Counted from the first letter of the stretch, positions 30,209 through 40,537 are shown. The stretch is DNA of 64,000 nucleotides from a virus (IMGVR_UViG_3300043409_002154:1-64000), one strand, 5' to 3'. Numbers and translations: made by a program. Notes: a model not told the origin generated them from the letters alone.

Positions 30209-32635
30209 TTACGATGAACACCCAAAACATTCAAAATCAGAATCTAATCCTTTATTACTTTTTGGAACGTAATCATACGTCATTGTTTTTACCGGTGTTG
30301 TTAAAGGTTTTTCTATTTTTGACATGTCCAACGCTAAATGTTTTGCTCCAGTTGAAATTGCCTTTGTTCTAACATAATAACACAAAGTTTTTAATCCTTT
30401 TTCCCAAGAATGAAAATGTGATGACGTAATTTTAGATAAAGTTGGATTAGACATATATATGTTCATTGATTGAGATTGGTCAATAAATGGAGCTCTATCC
30501 GCAGACATATCAATAAGTTCCTTTTGGGAAATCTCCCAAATTGTTTTATATTTAGGTATTAAATGTTCAATTCTTTTTACTTTTTTATTGTAATTTTTAT
30601 CTTCAACATCTAAATGGTTATTAAAATTAATGTTTTGAATAGACCCCTCGTTTAAAATAATTTCATTTTTTAATTCTTCACTCCAAATCCCAATTTTTTC
30701 AAAATCGTTAATTAAATATTTGTTTACAATTGTAATTTCACCGCCAACAACTCTTCTATTAAATAACGCTGAGTGAGCGGGTTCAGTCATTTCAAATGAA
30801 CCAGTTATTTTAGCTGAAGACGCAACTGGCATTTGAGCAGTTAATAAACTATTACAAACTCCAAATAATTTAACTTCTTCTTTAAGTTTGTCCCAATCCC
30901 ATAATCCACTTAAATCTTTTTTAGATAATCCCCACATATCAAATTGAAATTCACCTGATTCCATTGGAGACCCTTTAAAAAATTTATAAGGTTCTCTAAT
31001 ACCTTGTTTACATAAATTATTACTTTCAGTTATTGCCGCATAATAAATTGTTTCAAATATATTTTTATTTAATAATTTAGCCTCGTCAGAGGTAAAAACA
31101 TAATCCATTATGTAAAAAACATCCGCCAACCCTTGAATTCCAATAGCAATTGCTCTTTGTTCTAACCCACCTTTTAATCCTTTATCGGTAGAATAACTAT
31201 TTATATCAATTACATTATTTAACGCTCTTACAACTTTTCTTGTTTCGTTTAATAATAATTGATAATCAAATTTACCATCAATTACAAAATTCTTTAAAAC
31301 CATTGATGAAAGAGTACATATAGCGGTCGTTGTTTCATCCGTAAATTGATAAATTTCACAACATAAATTACTTTGTTTAATGGTCCCAATATTTTTATGA
31401 TTACTTTTACGGTTAGCACTATCTTTGGCGGATAAATAAGGAACTCCCGTTTCAACTTGAGATTCAATTATTTTACTCCAAATATCTTGAGCCTTAACTT
31501 TTTTACCAATTCCTAAAGAAACCGCTTTATTATAATTTTCTTCATATTCTTTATCGTAACATTCTTGTAACGGTTTAATTCCAGATTTTATTAACTCGTT
31601 TGGACAAAACAAATACCAATCTTGGTTATTTTTTACCGCTCTCATAAAATTATCAGGAATCCATAACGCTGTAAATAAATCTCTAGCCCTTAATTCTTCA
31701 GCACCAGTATTTTTTTTTATTTCCAACAAATCCATAATATCTTTATGCCAAGGCTCAATATAAATTGCGGCACTTCCTGGTCGTCTACCTTGTTGGTTAA
31801 AAAATCTTAAAGACTCGTTAACAATTTTTAAATATTTTAATAACCCGCCAGCGTATCCTCCAGAAGAATTAATTCTACTTTCTTTACTTCTAATATTTGA
31901 CATTGATAGTCCAATACCTGCAGCGTCTGACGAATAAGTTGAAATATCATTTAACGTTTGTAATAACCCATTTCTTGAATCTGAATTGTTATAATGTAAC
32001 ACACATGACGCTAATTGAGGTACTTTTGTACCGGAATTAATCATAATTGGGGTTGCAGGAGAAATACGTTGGTTTGATAAAGAATTATAATATTCAAGAG
32101 CTTCTTCATAAGTATTAGTAACCCATAATGAAACTCTCATATACATATGTTGAGGTCTTTCTACAACCTTACCTTGAGGGTTTTTTAGTAAATACATTTC
32201 AGATAACGACCTCCAAGCAAAATAATCAAAGTTATAATCATTATCATGATTAATAACGGAATCAATATTATTTTCTCCGTATTTTTCTATAATATCAATT
32301 AATTTTTTATGAATTATATTATCAGTATATAATTCTTTCATAGTTTCACAAAAACTTGGATTTGTTTCTTTATGATAAGAAGAAATTGCAACTGATGACG
32401 CTAATCTAGAATAATCATGATGACTTCCGGTGTAAGACGCCGCAATTTCATAAACAAGTTTATCCAATTCTTTAGTAGTGATAACCCCTTCTGTTGGTAC
32501 CGAAGTGATTACTTTAATAAAAACCTCATCTGAATTAACATTTAAACCTTTTGAAGATTTTTTAATTCTATTATATATTTTTTGTGGGTTAAATGAAACA
32601 TCGTCCCCATCTCGTTTTTTTATTTTTAATGACAT
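30209..32635 (-). CDS. nrdA: Class Ia ribonucleotide reductase, alpha subunit with ATP cone
   Basis: N-terminal IKKRDG ATP cone, PQLASC, SNLCCEI (NxCxE), YY pair (LCYYVRT), C-terminal CFGC. Confidence 0.97.
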   Translation of the reverse strand: MSLKIKKRDGDDVSFNPQKIYNRIKKSSKGLNVNSDEVFIKVITSVPTEGVITTKELDKLVYEIAASYTGSHHDYSRLASSVAISSYHKETNPSFCETMKELYTDNIIHKKLIDIIEKYGENNIDSVINHDNDYNFDYFAWRSLSEMYLLKNPQGKVVERPQHMYMRVSLWVTNTYEEALEYYNSLSNQRISPATPIMINSGTKVPQLASCVLHYNNSDSRNGLLQTLNDISTYSSDAAGIGLSMSNIRSKESRINSSGGYAGGLLKYLKIVNESLRFFNQQGRRPGSAAIYIEPWHKDIMDLLEIKKNTGAEELRARDLFTALWIPDNFMRAVKNNQDWYLFCPNELIKSGIKPLQECYDKEYEENYNKAVSLGIGKKVKAQDIWSKIIESQVETGVPYLSAKDSANRKSNHKNIGTIKQSNLCCEIYQFTDETTTAICTLSSMVLKNFVIDGKFDYQLLLNETRKVVRALNNVIDINSYSTDKGLKGGLEQRAIAIGIQGLADVFYIMDYVFTSDEAKLLNKNIFETIYYAAITESNNLCKQGIREPYKFFKGSPMESGEFQFDMWGLSKKDLSGLWDWDKLKEEVKLFGVCNSLLTAQMPVASSAKITGSFEMTEPAHSALFNRRVVGGEITIVNKYLINDFEKIGIWSEELKNEIILNEGSIQNINFNNHLDVEDKNYNKKVKRIEHLIPKYKTIWEISQKELIDMSADRAPFIDQSQSMNIYMSNPTLSKITSSHFHSWEKGLKTLCYYVRTKAISTGAKHLALDMSKIEKPLTTPVKTMTYDYVPKSNKGLDSDFECFGCSS

Positions 32636-32655
32636 AGTTCTCTTAATATAATAAA

Positions 32656-33603
32656 TTAAAAATCAGAATCAAAGGTTAATGTCTCATTTAATTTTGCTTT
32701 TTGATATTCCATAGTTCTGGACTCAAAAAAGTTCCCTTTTGTTTCAATTGCAATTTGTTCCATGAATTTAAATGGTTGTTCAACATTAAATACTTTTTTA
32801 CAACCAAATTTAACTAATAAACCATCAGTTACAAATTCAAGATATTGTTTCATTAAATTTGAATTCATCCCAATTAAAGAAACAGGTAAAGATTCTGTAA
32901 TAAATTCTTTTTCTATTTCTAATGCGGAAAGTAAAATTTCTTTAATTTTATTTTCACTTGGTTTATCTTCAATATGGTTGTTTATTAAGTGTATTGCAAA
33001 ATCACAATGTAAATTTTCATCTTTAAATATTAATGAATTAGCATTACAAAGACCTTGCATAACCCCTCTAGATTTTAACCAAAAAATAGAACAAAATGAA
33101 CCAGAAAAGAAAATACCTTCAACAGCGGCGAATGCAATTAATCTTTCTTGAAATGTTGAATTTTTAATCCAACTTAAGGCCCAAGTTGATTTCTTTTGAA
33201 CCGCAGGTAATCTATCAATTGCGTGAAAACATTCATCTTTTTCATTAGGGTTTGACACATACGTATCAATTAATAATGAATACATTAATGAATGAATGTT
33301 TTCCATCATAATTTGAAACCCATAAAAGAATTTAGCTTCAGGGTATTGAACTTCTTTTAAAAAGTTTTCTGCCAAATTTTCGTTGACAATCCCATCAGAA
33401 GCGGCAAAAAACGATAATATATTTTTTACAAAATATTTTTCATTTTCTGACAAGTTTTCCCAATCACGAATGTCATTTGACAAATCCACTTCTTCGGCGG
33501 TCCAAAAAGCCGCTTGGTGTTGTTTATAATATTCCCATATATCATTATGTTGTATTGGGAAAATAACAAATCTATCTTTGTTTTCTTTTAATATTTTTTC
33601 CAT
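32656..33603 (-). CDS. nrdB: Class Ia ribonucleotide reductase, beta subunit
   Basis: [45 protein letters not shown]. Confidence 0.97.
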   Translation of the reverse strand: MEKILKENKDRFVIFPIQHNDIWEYYKQHQAAFWTAEEVDLSNDIRDWENLSENEKYFVKNILSFFAASDGIVNENLAENFLKEVQYPEAKFFYGFQIMMENIHSLMYSLLIDTYVSNPNEKDECFHAIDRLPAVQKKSTWALSWIKNSTFQERLIAFAAVEGIFFSGSFCSIFWLKSRGVMQGLCNANSLIFKDENLHCDFAIHLINNHIEDKPSENKIKEILLSALEIEKEFITESLPVSLIGMNSNLMKQYLEFVTDGLLVKFGCKKVFNVEQPFKFMEQIAIETKGNFFESRTMEYQKAKLNETLTFDSDF

Positions 33604-33608
33604 ATTTT

Positions 33609-34982
33609 TTAACTTTGTCTTTGTTTTCTTTTTTCCATTAAATCTTTAACTCTATCACGTTGTCTTTCTTCTTGTTTTTCTTCAAGTCCCAAGAAAGTGA
33701 CAGAACTTTCAGTATCAATCTCAAGCATTCCATTATCAAATTTACAATTTTCAAAAACAACACCATCATCTCCAATCCTTGATTTTGTAATCGCTATTGT
33801 TGCTAATTTCATTTCTTTTTGTTGTAAACTTTTTGCCACTGTTATAATAACGTGACCTACTTGAGCCTTTTTAATTGACCCTCCCATTTGGTCAGTAGTT
33901 ACTACTTCAGAAGAAATAGAACTACGATTTCCTTGAGTTGCTGTCCACCCGACTAAATCCATTTCATGACACATTGCTTCAAAAGCTCTCATTACAGACC
34001 CTTCAGATTTCCATTCGTCTCCCAAATTTTTATCTGGAACAACACAATCAATATAATCTAAAGTAACCATATCAATTTTAATACCGTCAGCGACCATTTT
34101 ACGAATTTGATTTTTAATCTGTAACATAGTCATTGTATCTGATGGTAATTTTTTTAAAATTAAATGATTTGGCATCGCCTCTTTGATTTCATTAACTTTA
34201 GTCATCACTTCGTCTTTTCTCAATGTCAACTCATCCGGATGTATTTTAGTCCACAATGTAATATGTTTTCTTTGAATAATTTTTGGATTATCTTCAAAAA
34301 ATAATTGTAAAACATTATAACCTAAATTAAATGCGTGATTTGTAATTTTAGTCATTAGAGTGGTTTTACCGACCCCAGTTGGAGCAAGTATAACACCTAT
34401 CTCCCCTTTAGCTAAACCACCTTTAAGTAGTCTGTCAATACCTGAAATACCCATCGGTATTGGGTGACGATAATCTTCATTTAAAACATCATCCAAATTA
34501 GAAAACGCGTCAAGTAATCCGTCTCCTTTTGTTCCAACTTGTATTGCTTCTCTAATTAATTCTTCAGCTTTATCATAATTTTCAAACTCACCACCATCAA
34601 TTATTTTTTGAACTTTAACCATGGCTTTTTGAAGTTCTTGTTGTTTACAAAACTTCATGCCTTTTTCTTGAACAAAACCTAATCCACTACTTGGAGCTTC
34701 TTTTATTTTTGTTAAAGTATCTAAAACTATTTTTGACGCTAGTTCTTGTTGTAATTCAACTTTGGTTATTTGTTCTAAAGTTTCAAATGATGGGGTATGT
34801 TCAAATTTAACATAATATTCTTTAATCATTTGAATTATGATTTTAAAATATTTGTTTTCAAAATAATCAGATTCAATAACATCAATTATTGACCTACCGA
34901 ATTCTTTATCTATTATGATTTGATTTAAAAGTTGTAACTGAAAAACGCTACCTAAATATTCAAAATTTTTACCAGTTCCCAT
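33609..34982 (-). CDS. DnaB/gp41-like replicative helicase
   Basis: Walker [28 protein letters not shown]. Confidence 0.9.
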   Translation of the reverse strand: MGTGKNFEYLGSVFQLQLLNQIIIDKEFGRSIIDVIESDYFENKYFKIIIQMIKEYYVKFEHTPSFETLEQITKVELQQELASKIVLDTLTKIKEAPSSGLGFVQEKGMKFCKQQELQKAMVKVQKIIDGGEFENYDKAEELIREAIQVGTKGDGLLDAFSNLDDVLNEDYRHPIPMGISGIDRLLKGGLAKGEIGVILAPTGVGKTTLMTKITNHAFNLGYNVLQLFFEDNPKIIQRKHITLWTKIHPDELTLRKDEVMTKVNEIKEAMPNHLILKKLPSDTMTMLQIKNQIRKMVADGIKIDMVTLDYIDCVVPDKNLGDEWKSEGSVMRAFEAMCHEMDLVGWTATQGNRSSISSEVVTTDQMGGSIKKAQVGHVIITVAKSLQQKEMKLATIAITKSRIGDDGVVFENCKFDNGMLEIDTESSVTFLGLEEKQEERQRDRVKDLMEKRKQRQS

Positions 34983-35007
34983 TTTTAATTCTTCCTTTTA
35001 ATAAATA

Positions 35008-35460
35008 TTACACATCTAACTTTACTTCCGCATATTCATAAGACAATTCATTTGATGAAAAAATCTCAGTTAAACTTGTCAGTAGTCTTTTTATGTGCGG
35101 GCGTATATCTACGGTGTATCTTATCTTAGGTGGGTACACTTTAGCGTCAAAAATTCTGTGACAAATTGTCGTATCATTTATTTTAATATAAATGTTAAAA
35201 ATTTCAGGACCGTCAGTATATGACGTATTTAATAGTTCTGGATTATCTTTAATTTCTTCTTTGTTTTCTAAAAGATAAACAACCGATTTTAATTTAAACT
35301 CAGAACTTACTAAGTCTTTAAATTCTTTTAGAAAAAGATAAAGCTCTTCTGAATTTTTAGCATTTGGATTATAATCCCTTACATTAAAAAATCTTTGGAC
35401 AATAATGTTTTGATTAACTGTCATTAAAAATTCTAATTTTGTTGAATCTAGGTCTTTCAT
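35008..35460 (-). CDS. Hypothetical protein
   Basis: 150-aa ORF; ATGA overlap with the exonuclease stop. Confidence 0.75.
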   Translation of the reverse strand: MKDLDSTKLEFLMTVNQNIIVQRFFNVRDYNPNAKNSEELYLFLKEFKDLVSSEFKLKSVVYLLENKEEIKDNPELLNTSYTDGPEIFNIYIKINDTTICHRIFDAKVYPPKIRYTVDIRPHIKRLLTSLTEIFSSNELSYEYAEVKLDV

Positions 35461-36470
35461 ATTATGTTATTTTTTTGATATTTATTTTTTTCTTTTCTTG
35501 TTAATTTTAAAAATGGTTTTAAGAAATAAACCCACGCATTGTCTGTTTTAGGTAAAAATTTAAAAAGTCCATCCTCCATCATCATTTTCATTAAATTTTT
35601 ATAACCTCTACCATCAGGGTCTAAAGTTTCTTTATAATATTCTTGAACAATTTGTTTAACTTCATCAGTTATTAATGGTTCCGACAAATCAATAATTTTT
35701 GAGTTTGTTTCAAAAAATTTATTCCCAAATATACCATTTTTTGTTCTACCAGACAATAAATTTTTAAGTGATTTATTATTTTTATCTTCATTTAATAACG
35801 TTTCCGCCTTTATTAAAATATCATTAAAATTTATGGGTTTTTCAAGTATTTCGGGAAATAATTTAACTAATGTTTTTTCACCTAAATAATAAATCCCATC
35901 AATATTGTCAGATTTATCTCCTGATAATATCTTATATGTTTTAATATTTTCGTGAGGAAATTCATAATGTTTTATTCGAATTTTATCTCCGTTTTTATAG
36001 GTTACTTTACTCATTGGTGAGTATATAGAAACCTTTTCAGAAATTAATTGAGTTAAATCCTTATCTGAAGATACTATGGTTTTATTTTCGTCTTGAGAAA
36101 TTAAACAATAATACGCAATTAAATCGTCAGCTTCATTATTATCCTGTTCAATTTGACGTATAAAAGTTTCTTCTAAATATTGTTTAATTCTACCTTTTTG
36201 TTCGTCAAAAGAATCATTTTCCATTTCATTAACCCCATGTCTGCGGTTTTCTTTATATTGAGGATATAAAATTTTTCTAGTTGACGAATTGTCGTCACCG
36301 TCCCACATAACAACTACTTTATCAAAGTTTTGTTCATCGATAAGTCTTCTAATAGTGTTTATAAAATACCATATTCCTCCAACATGTTTATCATTATGGT
36401 AAAAATCTTTTACTCCACAAACCCCAATTTTTAATAAATTGTTAGCGTCAATTAATAATGTTTTTGTCAC
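35457..36470 (-). CDS. 5'-3' exonuclease/flap endonuclease (T4 RNase H / PolI N-terminal-like)
   Basis: LLIDANN, WDG, YPQYKENR, EADDLIA, SSDKDLTQL, GDKSDNIDGI...GEKT. Confidence 0.92.
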   Translation of the reverse strand: MTKTLLIDANNLLKIGVCGVKDFYHNDKHVGGIWYFINTIRRLIDEQNFDKVVVMWDGDDNSSTRKILYPQYKENRRHGVNEMENDSFDEQKGRIKQYLEETFIRQIEQDNNEADDLIAYYCLISQDENKTIVSSDKDLTQLISEKVSIYSPMSKVTYKNGDKIRIKHYEFPHENIKTYKILSGDKSDNIDGIYYLGEKTLVKLFPEILEKPINFNDILIKAETLLNEDKNNKSLKNLLSGRTKNGIFGNKFFETNSKIIDLSEPLITDEVKQIVQEYYKETLDPDGRGYKNLMKMMMEDGLFKFLPKTDNAWVYFLKPFLKLTRKEKNKYQKNNII

Positions 36471-36491
36471 TTCCTTTGTTTATATTCGTTA

Positions 36492-37151
36492 CTATAAAAT
36501 TTTGTTACTCTTTTTCAAATTATCTTCCGCCCATAATGGTTGAAGATTTTTATAATGACACAACTTATAAAGTTCGTCCTCTGTTTTTACCGACGATAAT
36601 GGAATGATATGGTCAATATGCCACTCACTCCTGTTATCCCAACTCATACCATCAGTAAATTGGGTTTCTAAATATTCTTTTAGAAATTGGGGGGTACAAC
36701 CTACAATATCAAAAGTTTTGTTTCTTTTGGTGATATTATGAGTAATTAAGTATTTTCTTAATCTACTTCTCATTCTATTAACTAAATTAAAAACAGGGTC
36801 ATTATCACTCCTTTCTTTTCTTCGTTCGTATTTTCTTGGTTTATAATTTTCTCGATATTCTTTTCTTTTTCCCGGATTTTTATCTAACCAATTTTTTCTT
36901 AACTCTTTAACTTTACCGGGGTTTCCTTCTCTCCATTTTTTGTAACGATTGTAAACCCATTCAGGATTTTTTGCTGTCCATTTCCTATGTTGTTCTAATG
37001 TTTTTTGATAATTTTCATTACGATAAATTTTACTTCGTTCATTATTACATTTTTTACAACAATATAGTAATCCATCGTCAGAAGATTTTGAATTACCAAA
37101 TTCACAATTTTTTTTTTCTTCTTTACATTTAGAACAAACTTTAGTTTCCAT
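36492..37151 (-). CDS. Free-standing HNH-type endonuclease with N-terminal CxxC...CxxC zinc-binding segment
   Basis: CSKC...CKKC; WHIDHIIPL...HYKNLQPLWAEDNLKK. Confidence 0.85.
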   Translation of the reverse strand: METKVCSKCKEEKKNCEFGNSKSSDDGLLYCCKKCNNERSKIYRNENYQKTLEQHRKWTAKNPEWVYNRYKKWREGNPGKVKELRKNWLDKNPGKRKEYRENYKPRKYERRKERSDNDPVFNLVNRMRSRLRKYLITHNITKRNKTFDIVGCTPQFLKEYLETQFTDGMSWDNRSEWHIDHIIPLSSVKTEDELYKLCHYKNLQPLWAEDNLKKSNKIL

Positions 37152-37293
37152 TTTTAATATATTCTTTTAATAATTTATTAACAAGGGAAGATAAATTTAT
37201 AGATTTATTTTTGAAGTGTTGAGGTAATTCGGGGTCAATCGCGACCGAAACCTTTACCTTTTTTTTATCTTCATCAATCTTATGTCTTCCCAT
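37141..37293 (-). CDS. 50-aa ribbon-helix-helix (CopG/CcdA-like) DNA-binding protein
   Basis: Below the ORF-track cutoff. MGRHKIDEDKKKVKVSVAIDPELPQHFKNKSINLSSLVNKLLKEYIKNGN; alternating beta strand KVSVAID plus INLSSLV helix; overlaps the HNH start by 11 nt. Confidence 0.75.
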   Translation of the reverse strand: MGRHKIDEDKKKVKVSVAIDPELPQHFKNKSINLSSLVNKLLKEYIKNGN

Positions 37294-37298
37294 ATTAT

Positions 37299-37339
37299 AT
37301 AAATACCTTAAAAATACTTAAAAGTAGTAATAGTATCAA
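37299..37339 (-). promoter_or_regulatory. Promoter region of RHH-HNH: TTGATA-N17-TATTTT, TATTTAT motif and palindrome TACTT-N2-AAGTA
   Basis: -35 at 37339-37334, -10 at 37316-37311, palindrome 37315-37326, TATTTAT 37305-37299. Confidence 0.5.
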
Positions 37340-37345
37340 TTTTTT

Positions 37346-38338
37346 TTATTCTTCTTCAAAACTTTCGGTTTCTGATTCCTCAAGTGTAATCTCCCCCGTA
37401 CCACTAAGTATGGCATTCCAATACCCGGAATACTCTTTTTTATATTTATCTAACGACTCTTTTGTATCTGCAATATATCCTTGAGGGACCACAATAATTT
37501 TACTATCCTTATATTGTATTCCGTTTACGTGATTTTTTAATATAGAAATTTTTGTTCTAGTTGCATATGAAATAGTCCTTCCATTTTTAGTCGCCGTAAT
37601 ATGGTTTATACCCGCTTTTTTTTGATTACCAAATAAAAATACCAAACTACTAGCTAACCATATCGCTTCACCACCTTTACTCTTAATTTCCGGTTGACCA
37701 AAGGGGTTATCAGGTAAAAGAACCCAAGGTTGGTTCAAAAAAACTATTGTATTATAATACGGATAATCTTCTTTTTTAGATTTTGAAATTCTAGAATGAA
37801 CCCCCATACCTACTTTATCTGCCAACACCCTTGCCGAGTGCATAGACCCACCTTTTCCCTCAAAAGTCATTTGACACGGAATACTACCAATTGAGTCCCA
37901 TAGGAATAGTAAATTATACGGTACGTCACCTTTTTCTTGAGCATCTAAAACATCGTTGATAAAGTCAGTGGCCTGTTCAATAACATCAAAACTATCATTA
38001 AAGATGAAATGTCCATCCCACTCACCATTCTCATTCTGTTCTGCTTGTAAACCTAATTCAACCGCGTGAAACCAGGACCATTTTTTTTCCGTTATAATAA
38101 ACACCGGTAAGTGACCCTTTTTTTGAGCATCAACCGCTGCCAATATCATTGCCGTTGATTTTGAAGTATTTGAATGTCCTAAGAACATATTAATACCCCC
38201 CATTACAGGTCCTGGTAAACCACAAGCATCCATAAATGCGTCACCACAATTATAAAAACTTTCAGGTTTGTATTTTGTTTTTGTTGAGTATTTCTCTTTT
38301 ATATTTGAAAGAGAAGTGTCTTTTTTTTTAATTGCCAT
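37346..38338 (-). CDS. RecA/UvsX-like recombinase
   Basis: P-loop GHSNTSKST, ITEKKW, LWDSIGS, FLNQ, KGGEA, KNHV; next to the SSB gene. Confidence 0.85.
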   Translation of the reverse strand: MAIKKKDTSLSNIKEKYSTKTKYKPESFYNCGDAFMDACGLPGPVMGGINMFLGHSNTSKSTAMILAAVDAQKKGHLPVFIITEKKWSWFHAVELGLQAEQNENGEWDGHFIFNDSFDVIEQATDFINDVLDAQEKGDVPYNLLFLWDSIGSIPCQMTFEGKGGSMHSARVLADKVGMGVHSRISKSKKEDYPYYNTIVFLNQPWVLLPDNPFGQPEIKSKGGEAIWLASSLVFLFGNQKKAGINHITATKNGRTISYATRTKISILKNHVNGIQYKDSKIIVVPQGYIADTKESLDKYKKEYSGYWNAILSGTGEITLEESETESFEEE

Positions 38339-38340
38339 GG

Positions 38341-38565
38341 TTAAATATATTTATTAAAATGGTTAATTGTTTCAAGTTTGTCTTTAGCGTTTGCTAATTT
38401 TTCAACAAATTTATCCATTTCTTCTAAATGTTGTGGATGTTCACCAATACCAACCGGATTTGTAAAATAAATAAGTAATGTTGTTTCAGCTTCACTAATT
38501 TGAGCTTCATATTTTTTTACAAGTGATTCATACATCATTTGTGAAATTTTTTGTTCTGTTTTCAT
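38341..38565 (-). CDS. Small helical hypothetical protein (PVGIGEHP motif)
   Basis: 74-aa ORF abutting the recombinase gene. Confidence 0.7.
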   Translation of the reverse strand: MKTEQKISQMMYESLVKKYEAQISEAETTLLIYFTNPVGIGEHPQHLEEMDKFVEKLANAKDKLETINHFNKYI

Positions 38566-38587
38566 AATTAAAATTAAAAATTTACAT

Positions 38588-38626
38588 AAAAAAAAGCGTG
38601 GATTATAATTAATTTAATCCACGCTT
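38588..38626 (-). terminator. Intrinsic terminator after SSB
   Basis: Perfect 12-bp stem AAGCGTGGATTA/TAATCCACGCTT followed by a U-run on the minus strand. Confidence 0.8.
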
Positions 38627-38632
38627 ACTTAA

Positions 38633-39490
38633 TTAAAACGGCATTTCTGAATCTGGTTCTGAATCAGACTGCGGGTCTTTATTTGTTGTTAAATTTTTTC
38701 CACCCATGGAAACGGTACTTTCTGTTGTGTTACTATAAGCGTATTTTCCTGCTTCAGAATCCCAACGTGGAGTTTCACCTCTTGCGATTGATTCAAGATA
38801 TTCAACAGGTTTTTTAGAGTAAACATCGTCCCAACCTAATTCATCGGTAATCCAACCACTAGAAATATCTTTACTTTTATGTAATGGAGTTGGGTCATCG
38901 TGCATAATAGTTTGAATAACAGTATATGTTGCCCCTTTTGGAGTTTTCGCTTTCGCTAATTCAAGGATAATGTCTCTACCATTTTCAGCGTCAGTAATAT
39001 CACCTTTTGCTCTCCAAATAGGAATAATTTTATCTAAAACACCTTCATTTTTATAATTGTGTTTAAATCTCCAAAATTTAACTCCGTCATCTTCATTATC
39101 ACGGTCAATAAGTTTAACAATATAAAATTTGCGAGCTTTGTATTGTTTAGCTAATTCTTTGTCAGATTCTTTACCAGTTGACATAAGTTCTTCATAAACT
39201 TCAGTTAAAGGAGAACGTTCGTTATCATTTTTTCCTGGGTCATAAAACTTCTGCCATTTTCCGTCTAATAAAATCTCATGAAACCAAACTTCTTTAAATG
39301 GAGAACTTCCATCATTTGTTGGTAAAATTCTTAATTTACGCTGACCTTGTTTTTCATTGTCTTTTAGGATAGCCGCAAAATATTTTTTCATTCTTTCATC
39401 TTGTGACATTTTAAAAGTGGAAGATGAACCGCTTTGTTTTGAAGTCTCATACTGAGCTAAAACCGAATCTAATGTGCTTTTTGTTGACAT
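38633..39490 (-). CDS. Single-stranded DNA-binding protein, gp32-like
   Basis: LRILP, PFKEVWFH, GVKFWRF, GDITDAENGRDI, acidic C-terminus ending DSEMPF. Confidence 0.8.
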   Translation of the reverse strand: MSTKSTLDSVLAQYETSKQSGSSSTFKMSQDERMKKYFAAILKDNEKQGQRKLRILPTNDGSSPFKEVWFHEILLDGKWQKFYDPGKNDNERSPLTEVYEELMSTGKESDKELAKQYKARKFYIVKLIDRDNEDDGVKFWRFKHNYKNEGVLDKIIPIWRAKGDITDAENGRDIILELAKAKTPKGATYTVIQTIMHDDPTPLHKSKDISSGWITDELGWDDVYSKKPVEYLESIARGETPRWDSEAGKYAYSNTTESTVSMGGKNLTTNKDPQSDSEPDSEMPF

Positions 39491-39520
39491 GTGTATATAT
39501 TGTTAAATTGTTTCACATAA

Positions 39521-39549
39521 AATATAGACAATAAAAAACATTATGTCAA
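39521..39549 (-). promoter_or_regulatory. Sigma70-type promoter for the SSB/replication block
   Basis: TTGACA-N17-TATATT, 30 nt upstream of the ATG and just past a terminator. Confidence 0.7.
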
Positions 39550-39563
39550 TTACCATTTAAATT

Positions 39564-39586
39564 AAAAACGACCCTAAGGTCGTTTT
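39564..39586. terminator. Intrinsic terminator, possibly bidirectional
   Basis: AAAACGACC-ctaa-GGTCGTTTT hairpin right after the 211-aa gene. Confidence 0.75.
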
Positions 39587-39590
39587 ATTA

Positions 39591-40226
39591 TTAATTTTTG
39601 TTAGTTGGTTCGTTGTTTTGAAAGTTCCTAAAACTTTTTTTAATTTCACTTGGTTGATAATTTTCAACCTCGTCTTGCGTTAGAATATATTGGTCCTTCC
39701 CAGATTTTTCAAAATCATCTTGTTTGTCTTCAAAAAAATCACTAAGTTTTTGATTATAAGGCCCTGAATCTAATGTTCTTAACTGTATTTTTTCTTCAGG
39801 TGTTTTAATTCTATATTTTTCAATCTTTGCTTCTAAACTGTTAAGTTTATTAACAATAGTGTCCATGTCAGATAATTTACTTTCTAAGTTAGTTAATTGA
39901 CTAAATAAATTTTGAAAATATTCTTCTTGTTTTTCTTCAACATTTTTTTGTGAATTAACTAAGTCCGTTATATCAAGTTCTTCTTTTTTATCCGAATCAC
40001 CATCAAGTTTTTCAACATCTGGGTCGTTTTTAACATCTACAGGAACTGGGGGAGTTGAAGTCTCACCAGTTGGCGTTTCTGGAGCTGGAGGTAATAACGG
40101 TAATTCCTCACCTGTTGGTGCAAGAGCATCTGGATTTGGGGGTAATGCCGCATCTTGCTCATTAATATAACTATTAATACTGTTATATCTTTTTAATTCT
40201 TCTAAAATTTTTATATCTATTTTCAT
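39591..40226 (-). CDS. Acidic/Pro-rich coiled-coil hypothetical protein, possible head-internal protein
   Basis: 211-aa ORF; N-terminal ...YINEQ then a Pro-rich linker. Confidence 0.7.
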   Translation of the reverse strand: MKIDIKILEELKRYNSINSYINEQDAALPPNPDALAPTGEELPLLPPAPETPTGETSTPPVPVDVKNDPDVEKLDGDSDKKEELDITDLVNSQKNVEEKQEEYFQNLFSQLTNLESKLSDMDTIVNKLNSLEAKIEKYRIKTPEEKIQLRTLDSGPYNQKLSDFFEDKQDDFEKSGKDQYILTQDEVENYQPSEIKKSFRNFQNNEPTNKN

Positions 40227-40230
40227 TTTT

Positions 40231-40455
40231 TTATCCGTTTAAAAGTTGTTTTACCCCTTGCAAAGTTTCAACTTGAATTTTTTTATTTTGTTTCATAGTG
40301 TTATCAACTCTTTCAATTAACCCGTCTTTCATTCTAATAGTATAACAATCACCAGTATCTAAATCACATACTTCTTTAAACCCATTACCAGCATCTTTTT
40401 CAGTTGTACGAGTACTTTTACCTAAATAACCATCTAAAATTAATTTCACATCCAT
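40231..40455 (-). CDS. Small hypothetical protein
   Basis: 74-aa ORF with TATTTAT motif upstream. Confidence 0.7.
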   Translation of the reverse strand: MDVKLILDGYLGKSTRTTEKDAGNGFKEVCDLDTGDCYTIRMKDGLIERVDNTMKQNKKIQVETLQGVKQLLNG

Positions 40456-40537
40456 AACTTTTTTATTATAAATATTGCGACTTTTAAAAAAGTATTATTG
40501 AAGTCATTATTGTTGGAGTAATTGTTGATATAACACT

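Noticed and set aside
30209-33603. Eukaryotic or NCLDV origin suggested by the RNR type
   Set aside because: Sheath, tube, gp25, gp6, gp32-like genes and bacterial-style terminators indicate a tailed phage.
30209-38338. Inteins or introns in nrdA, nrdB, helicase or recombinase
   Set aside because: Lengths are normal, motifs are contiguous, and no splice-junction signatures were seen.
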